A DNA stretch of 64,000 nt, from IMG/VR virus record IMGVR_UViG_3300013383_000001, positions 64,001 through 128,000 of that record, one strand, 5' to 3'. The notes below the pieces were generated by a model that ran no database searches, was not told the origin of the DNA, and saw only the letters and a list, made by a program, of their open reading frames with translations. The DNA is from a virus. Lineage: Duplodnaviria; Caudoviricetes. The translations under genes were made by a program, and so were the position numbers. Below, one piece after another: positions 60,645 through 64,000 of the stretch (positions within the stretch are counted from its first letter, which is position 1; each line of letters opens with the position of its first letter).

Positions 60645-60973
60645 ATAGCTTCCTCCTCATTAGTTTTAATATTACATCTATAAACTACATCTGTATCTAC
60701 TATTCCATACCATCCATTAGCTAATGCATCAAATAAATATACATAGTCATCTAAGCAGTATGGCTTTTCTACTTGAGTGTGTCCTACTATTTGTTTATAA
60801 CCTTTAAACTTATCCATTATAAGTGTATTAGGTCTTATCCAAGTGCAGGGTTGAGTTACACTATCTCCTGAATGATCCCAAGGATTATGTGTAGCATAGG
60901 CTTTTAATCGCATCTGCATATCTGCGGCAAATCCTATCTTTAATCGATCAGAAGATTTTAATAAATATAACAT
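60641..60973 (-). pseudogene. Chimeric ORF: GIY-YIG/T5orf172-like N-terminus fused to metallophosphoesterase C-terminus
   Basis: MLYLLKSSDRLKIGFAADMQMRLKAYATHNP followed by GDSVTQPCTWIRP...QIVGHTQ...FDAL; both halves are incomplete. Confidence 0.55.
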
Positions 60974-60986
60974 TAAATTTTGACCA

Positions 60987-61148
60987 TCAAAAGTCAACTT
61001 CCTCTTCGGAAAGTTCTGCATACGCTTCTGCCATTTCAGCGAGTGTATCTTCTGCACCCTCATCAATATCAAGACTATCGTAGTATGCTTGATTTTCTTC
61101 TGCAATTTCGGCAAGTATATCCATTTCGTTTTCAGTATACATAATCAT
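60987..61148 (-). CDS. Very acidic 53-aa protein, missed by ORF track
   Basis: MIMYTENEMDILAEIAEENQAYYDSLDIDEGAEDTLAEMAEAYAELSEEEVDF; ATGA overlap with the upstream gene. Confidence 0.7.
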   Translation of the reverse strand: MIMYTENEMDILAEIAEENQAYYDSLDIDEGAEDTLAEMAEAYAELSEEEVDF

Positions 61149-61411
61149 TCATTTAAATATTTAATAAGTGAATCTACAACATCCTCTCCTGTCTCAGAAT
61201 AAAACGCCTTAATCGCTTTATCATTCTCATATACTACTATAAAAGGATCAAGTTTAGCAGCGAATTGATTTTTAATCTTCCATGCTTCTTTTTTTCCAGA
61301 TCTAGTAGTAGAATCTATAAAATGAAGAAAAGGAGAACCTGTAATTGCATAAGGTCCTCCTAATCTTCTTAATACTTTTGGATCATTATAGATTAAATAT
61401 ATATCCTTCAT
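61145..61411 (-). CDS. Hypothetical protein, possibly degenerate glutaredoxin-like fold
   Basis: ORF near RNR; PFIVVYENDK segment but no CxxC. Confidence 0.6.
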   Translation of the reverse strand: MKDIYLIYNDPKVLRRLGGPYAITGSPFLHFIDSTTRSGKKEAWKIKNQFAAKLDPFIVVYENDKAIKAFYSETGEDVVDSLIKYLNE

Positions 61412-61593
61412 TCAAAGATAATATATAATCCACACATCATTACTAGTACACAATCTAAAGCAATCAATACTCCTGCTAATTTTACTATTTTCTCACTAAA
61501 CGTTTCAAGAAATTCACTTTTAGAAGCAGTAGTATATACTAGTATCATCTTTAGAAAACTAACTATTGTTACTATAATTGCTATTATAATCAT
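61408..61593 (-). CDS. Small two-helix membrane protein
   Basis: Two hydrophobic segments. Confidence 0.6.
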   Translation of the reverse strand: MIIIAIIVTIVSFLKMILVYTTASKSEFLETFSEKIVKLAGVLIALDCVLVMMCGLYIIFE

Positions 61594-61597
61594 ATTT

Positions 61598-64000
61598 TTA
61601 ATTGCATCGACTGAAACCACAGGAATTGCATTGAATGCAACCTCCAGAATGAATCAAAGTTTTCTTATGGCAGTTAGGACATTCTTCTAAAGAATTATCC
61701 TCTTCTTCAGTTTTATTTTCTACTTTAGATCCATTACATTTGCAAATAATCTCTTGCATTTCATTGTACATGTCTTTAATTGCATTGCCGATAGCAACAG
61801 GACAACTACTTCCTTTAGAAGTATCGTTCTTTGTTGCAGATCTAACAGCATAAGAAGGACATACACCACAAGATTTCAATTGATCAAGAATAGAATCAAC
61901 CTTAATTCCTCCTCTAGCTGCAAGTGAAATCATTCGAGATAATGAAATCATAAAGTTATTACAACCTCCTGTAGATCCTTTAGAAAGATAAATCTCTCTT
62001 AGATCCCCAGTCTTATTATCAAAGAAACATTGAGCATGTAAGCTGCCACATCCAGTACTAAGAGTACGTTTAATTCCAAGACAATCATTACTTGAAGGAA
62101 TTATAACACCTCTCTCAAGTTTATCTGATTCTTCTTTAGATTCAGAGGTAGTAAGTATACCTTGTCTACTTCCATCTCGGAATACAGTAATACCCTTTAG
62201 TCCTTTCTCCCAAGCATACCTATAAAGTCCTTTAATATCCTCTACAGTAGTAGACTCTGGGAGATTTACAGTCGAACTAATCGCAGTATCTACATACTCT
62301 TGCATTGCTGCTTGCATTTCTACTCTTTGCTTCCATGGAGTATCATTCGCAGTTACAAAATAAGAAGGGATGTCATCATTGCCAGTTATTTCTTTATATT
62401 CATCCAATGCTTTTACATTAACTTTATAGTATGTCTCTTCTTTATTTAGAGATACTGTTCTTCTCATATAGCTTAAAGCAAAGAATGGCTCACAACCAGT
62501 CCCTATATTGAGCATAGTTCCCAATGCATTTTTGTTCCAATAAGTTCGCAACACTTATTGCGCTTTCGCAGCTTATAGTTTCCCATAAGATCAGACTATA
62601 TCTTATTATTCTCTATATACGTTATCAATATTACTATTTGAATGAACAAAAGTATGACATTTATGACATAAGCATATTAAGTTATCAAGTTGATTTGCTT
62701 CAATAGGATCATTAAATGATTTATATCATGTTTTGTCATAAATCTACGGACAGTAGTCTGTCCAACTCCCAATTTTTTAGCAATATCTCTAGTGGATAAT
62801 TCCTAATTAAAATAAAGTTCCTCAAACTCTTCTTTTGAAATAGTAATTTTACTCATAAATAAAAAATAATTTCCGTGTTTCCATTGCCATCAGCTTACAA
62901 TGTACATAATAGTCGTTGAACCTATAAAATACTAAGTCAAAAGTATTTTTAGGCTGCTGATTGCCCATCTTTGATTCTGATTTAGATATTGACTCAATAC
63001 CAATATTCTGCACAAATACATTGTCAATTCATCAAAATACAAAATCTAAAATTATTTTAACTATTATTTAATTTTTATAGTAAATTTTAGCTTAAGGGTG
63101 TTCCAGCAATTAACGGAATTTATACTGAGCCATTAATAAACCAACCCAGTTGGAGCAATAGATAACAGACTACAGTTTCTAAGTTTGTTTATTCTCTTGA
63201 ATTTCTTTATTTCTTCAGTAGAAAATGCATGTTCTATTATATGAGAATCCCAAACTTTAGATGAATATCCAGGAAAGTTTCCACGTTCTTTTGCAAGATC
63301 TACACTTGCTTGTACTGCAGTCCTAAATATTTCTCGCATTACATTTCTAACCAAGTTAACTGCATTAGGAGATCCGTAAGTTATCTTACACTTAACAAGA
63401 AAGTCTGAAAGACCCATGACGCCTATGCCTATATTTCTAAATTTTTCTGCCATAGCTCTTTGCTCAGGTAAAGCATGACGTTCTAAGTTCTCTTCAAGTA
63501 CGTCATCCATTGCTTTAACTATAACAATTATATCCTTCTTTAGATTATCCCAATCAATAGAACAATTATCTTTAAATGGATTAATTACATATTCAGATAA
63601 ATTAATAGAACAAAGGTTACAAGCAGAATTTTTAGCCAAAGGTTGTTCCTTTATTGTTATCGTGCGGGCTTTTTATCCTACACTTCCGGGAGTTTCCTCC
63701 TTACTATATTCAGATTTATCATCTGACGGAACGGCATATATTTTTATTAATTCTCTTGAAATTAATATTGGACACTCGTGGGAGGATTATATTTATTCAC
63801 CTCCTATGCTCTACGGTGATAATTCGCCTTTCGCGATCGAATTATTTACCACGGTATTATCATGCAGATAAATTATCTGTGTAGACTTCACCGTTTTTGC
63901 CCAATTTTACTGCGGCAAACGTCCACCGCAGGGGTTGCAAGTCTCTATATTATATTCTGGTACAAATTCCATAAGATTATAATTACGGAATCTATTAGTA
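61598..64000 (-). CDS. nrdJ: Class II (B12-dependent) ribonucleotide reductase, 5'-partial, complement(join(61598..62526,63144..63648,63925..>64000))
   Basis: The spliced product restores TCNPCG|EQPL...ACNL and SIAPTG-S|LGTMLNIGTGCEP; also AISSTVNL, KGITVFRDGSR, a TSCPD-like domain (SSCPVAI) and a C-terminal Zn ribbon. Confidence 0.9.
62527..63143 (-). mobile_element. Group I intron in nrdJ (617 nt) with decayed HNH endonuclease gene
   Basis: Exon ACTGGGT pairs with GCTCAGT; core AATTGCTGGAA, AATCAGCAG, GTTCAACGACTA, AAGATATAGTCT; terminal G; splits a T|CA Ser codon. Confidence 0.9.
62606..62856 (-). pseudogene. Internally deleted HTH-HNH homing endonuclease remnant
   Basis: MSKITISKEEFEELYFN*ELSTRDIAKKLGVGQTTVRRFM joined out of frame to NQLDNLICLCHKCHTFVH. 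Confidence 0.75.
63649..63924 (-). mobile_element. Group I intron in nrdJ (276 nt, no ORF) at the NPCG|E catalytic loop
   Basis: Exon CTGCGGT pairs with GCCGCAG; P4 ACGGT/ACCGT; P7 GCATA/TATGC; terminal G before GAA CAA CCT. Confidence 0.88.

Noticed and set aside
60974-61114. N-terminal extension of track ORF 60641-61114
   Set aside because: It overlaps a better, translationally coupled acidic ORF in another frame; the likely start is ATG 60973.
46849-63884. Plus-strand track ORFs in the - arm (e.g. 53718, 55821, 63654, 63662)
   Set aside because: Antisense to well-supported genes or to intron RNA.
1-64000. Suppressor tRNA, rRNA or CRISPR array
   Set aside because: None recognised by eye and intergenic space is minimal; tRNAscan-SE or ARAGORN would be needed to exclude a tRNA formally.

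Overview
AT-rich window of a crAss-like (Crassvirales-type, probably Bacteroidota-infecting) phage genome with two convergent arms. The + arm (1-46.3 kb) holds virion/structural genes in an alternative code: TAG reads as Gln. The many short ORFs in the track therefore join into 12 genes: a tail stabilisation/muzzle-like protein, cargo proteins, a DUF192 protein, a ~4000-aa polyvalent protein, a ~3700-aa virion RNA polymerase, two more giant cargo proteins and a LysM/L,D-transpeptidase/lysozyme-like protein. The - arm (46.5-64 kb) is almost TAG-free. It carries replication and nucleotide genes (HTH initiator with an iteron-like origin, Dam, PolA, sigma-70, ATP ligase, dUTPase, class II RNR) and many small ORFs. 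Five group I introns can be delimited from P1/P10 pairing and restored protein motifs, three in the RNAP gene and two in nrdJ. Top observations: (1) the RNAP catalytic motif WLQGSDY-DIDK is assembled through a 17-nt micro-exon between two tandem introns; (2) one of those introns is only 159 nt and has no room for P2 or P9; (3) four consecutive giant genes show a head-to-tail terminal-cysteine pattern suggesting a disulfide-linked ejection chain. All calls come from manual reading. Frames were confirmed at gene ends and ORF-track fragments, not codon by codon, and no database searches were run.
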